IMG/VR virus record: IMGVR_UViG_3300030333_004669
Location: 1-52,674 of that record
Origin: a virus
Taxonomy: Duplodnaviria > Caudoviricetes
Strand: one strand, 5' to 3'
DNA length: 52,674 bases
In this document: piece by piece, positions 51,501 to 52,674 of the stretch
How the letters are laid out: the number at the start of each line of letters is the position of its first letter
How positions within the stretch are numbered: the stretch's first letter is position 1
Notes under the pieces: model-generated
What the model saw: only the letters and a program-made list of their open reading frames with translations
Databases searched by the model: none
What the model was told of the DNA's origin: nothing
Position numbers and translations under genes: made by a program

Positions 51501-52674
51501 CCAGTGAAGGGGCTGAGGTCAAAAGAGTTGAGGTTGAGTTAGTGAATCCTGAGAGGATTCCTTTAACAATGTTAACTGACTCAATGAACGCTTTGTTCCA
51601 AGGAAAAGGAATTGAGTTTGCTATCAACAAGTCAGGAGATAAGCCAACGCTTAGCGTTTCTGGAAAAACTGAAGCTCTGGATGAATCAACCCTCAATAGC
51701 ATTCGGGGCGTAGCTGCACATGTCAGCATGAAGGCCAAGAATGCTGAGGTTAATTCTAAGTACCAAGCTGTACTGGATAAGATCGCATCAATAAACAGGC
51801 CGCAGGACAAAAGAAAACGAAAGCATGGTGAGTATAAGACGGAAGGGTTGACTGAAGATGAATACAAGGCAACTGAAGTGGGGCGCAGAGGGAAAAAGAG
51901 ACTCACTGAGAATGACAAGAAAGTATTAGAAGAGGGTGGGGCAATCCCTGAGTGGTGGGCAGGTATTTTAACCCCTTCAAAATTAGGCAAGGCTGGCGCA
52001 GATAGAATCCAAGAAGGCCCACAAAGAGGCGAAATCCAACCTGCATTAAATTTATTTAATCCTACAGGCAAGAAGCCTGCGAAAATTAATAAAGTCATAA
52101 TCGAGAAGAGCCAACTAGATGAAGGGGTTGAGCGCTACAGTATTGATGGCAGGCAGGTATTCATTATTAAGGATAAACGAGATGGTAGGTACTATTACAC
52201 AATAGGCTCTCGACCCTCTACCGAGAACATTGGCGTTGCGATGGATGCCACTGTTAAGACTCCGTTACAGGCGAAGAACTTTATTGTCGGCCAGATCAAC
52301 AACCTAAACAAGGAGCTCAAGCTCGCTCCGCTGTCACTGCTTATCGGCAAAGCGAGAGACACCTTCGGGCAGGAGCAGCAACAAGCTGTAGAGGTAGAGG
52401 CGGCAGAGGGCGAAGGAGCAAGTGTCGAAACCAGAGGTAGATGGAGAAGTAAGGTTCAACCATCAGAGCCAATGCCTCAGGTTGAAGGCGTTGAGCGCCA
52501 AGACCCCAATGAACCAGCAGCATACAAGACAGGCAGGGAGATGCCTAAGGGCTTTGTCCTTGAGCGAAGAAAGCTGATCCCTGCTGCCAAGCAGTTCGAT
52601 AACGATTTCCGAGCCAGTGTCGGGTTGCCTCCTGTAACCAAGCAAGGAGGCAGGTATGCTTTACCCTCAAGTCC
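48539..52674 (+). CDS. Large internal-virion / polyvalent-type protein (partial, >1378 aa)
   Basis: ATG at 48539 (TAATG coupling), open to the window end. A/G-rich hydrophobic N-terminal region with EATEEGADQFLQ, then long acidic stretches. Confidence 0.75.
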   Translation, partial: MPIKVHKFAPRQNLPSSSGGLYSKYKRLFDDEEYRKLVAEQGQTIAELGEDTIETVGANLYEGTKATPEAMYQTGTELYEFGAELFGAGEDTMYDARQARRAAQELSAQTKQELVGDVPGGGISEFGYELGSTATQEIPFMIGSAGVGTVAKKAGQKIVKNKIRQRLGQEALEAAPDTFVGKAVGKAIQDQTEKIGTRAAISSMAAIHGARSTSGTFGAATDKLHEDYSKALKAQNPDMPWQEIDRMAYEQARADAVAPAVASGVITAGLISAFGATGVERFFANPTKSRPVFQEFLSAFGLEATEEGADQFLQGVLAKHSYDPSRSWDSIMAETAHAGLLGGTIGVKLGGTKILAERGVDFYQNRPITKRLAAWAERRAGARVKDKEGLAKWIEDHTDTSGTEAKEAAAAIASATDQIKARLNKESQGASEREAKSEAAQEQRPTEEELDQREEQGEDVTVERDVAEELNQHKARGRAAAEDKVENPEEIASQIEEEDSIEAAEKFVEGYNEVAIKEETEQEEFRSEDLDQDYFDTFPGAEEEVTTEQSAVTEQEDEAPVRQEDDPNQEDFFGLMLAPAAEQIATKEETDQADVENDSMDLFDQAQQQVVNEDRDVFGPPVEEAQRELDLTELEEGEERGRVDVPQRPLGPPAPDPQRDLVVGEETEPDFTTENLEAKEAPEDQFVLSIERPSKSRLSHYQKADGYYADEYIHVGKKFADNGREVIVKHNQNTKSIDIGFFNQQGRFIPTHRLKDYSQVKESNQKRGNSQQPRAYFIPKQLLSDKNLANTDVWELAPRSPIQAKFEKAQAAQVGESEMARRIVSNVSDPVLRETLQLMLANGQLGVESVNALILAANQYKPKGAKRVNPRTLADRGDAEGLAENLEKSISLLRDKNLFSQTVKKGDAGFTEEAVNSLVAGLEARTDLTVNDLKLVDKGRADEEFLAAEFEPTEVNRNRGFRASVKQSNKRDNDQRGLAQVVNETTTTSEGAEVKRVEVELVNPERIPLTMLTDSMNALFQGKGIEFAINKSGDKPTLSVSGKTEALDESTLNSIRGVAAHVSMKAKNAEVNSKYQAVLDKIASINRPQDKRKRKHGEYKTEGLTEDEYKATEVGRRGKKRLTENDKKVLEEGGAIPEWWAGILTPSKLGKAGADRIQEGPQRGEIQPALNLFNPTGKKPAKINKVIIEKSQLDEGVERYSIDGRQVFIIKDKRDGRYYYTIGSRPSTENIGVAMDATVKTPLQAKNFIVGQINNLNKELKLAPLSLLIGKARDTFGQEQQQAVEVEAAEGEGASVETRGRWRSKVQPSEPMPQVEGVERQDPNEPAAYKTGREMPKGFVLERRKLIPAAKQFDNDFRASVGLPPVTKQGGRYALPSS

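Noticed and set aside
1-52674. Alternative genetic code, tRNA or rRNA genes, introns or inteins
   Set aside because: Genes are long and tightly coupled under code 11 with all three stop codons used. I recognised no cloverleaf, rRNA or intein motifs by eye, although a tRNAscan/Infernal run is needed to exclude them.

Overview
The whole window reads as part of a dsDNA tailed-phage genome, probably podovirus-like (portal/scaffold/capsid/adaptor/stabilisation-nozzle/internal proteins, with no tape measure or sheath recognised). The host is plausibly in the PVC superphylum, inferred only from a DUF1559-style pilin-like gene. Layout: (1) 1-5.3 kb, leftward small early-type genes with a MoxR AAA+ ATPase, a DUF3150-like gene and a P-loop kinase; (2) 5.6-8.3 kb, mostly leftward DNA-metabolism/regulatory genes (DnaA-C domain, HExxH protein, DUF1599, HTH-SSB); (3) 8.8-25.4 kb, rightward overlapping small genes, a 3512-aa LamG/CBM fibre, membrane genes and a holin/spanin cassette; (4) a terminase large subunit on the opposite strand; (5) 26.9 kb to the end, the head-tail module and large internal-virion-type proteins. 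The most striking unexplained signal is ten copies of an 18-bp palindrome, TTATACTT-NN-AAGTATAA, confined to 673-5153 and placed mostly on gene junctions. Other notable items: a putative head-tail adaptor fused to a metallophosphoesterase, a pilin-like mini-protein with a CxxCH motif, a modular giant fibre, near-leaderless promoters, and a CCGG/CCWGG avoidance pattern that spares CCSGG. All family calls come from motif recognition by eye, not database searches.
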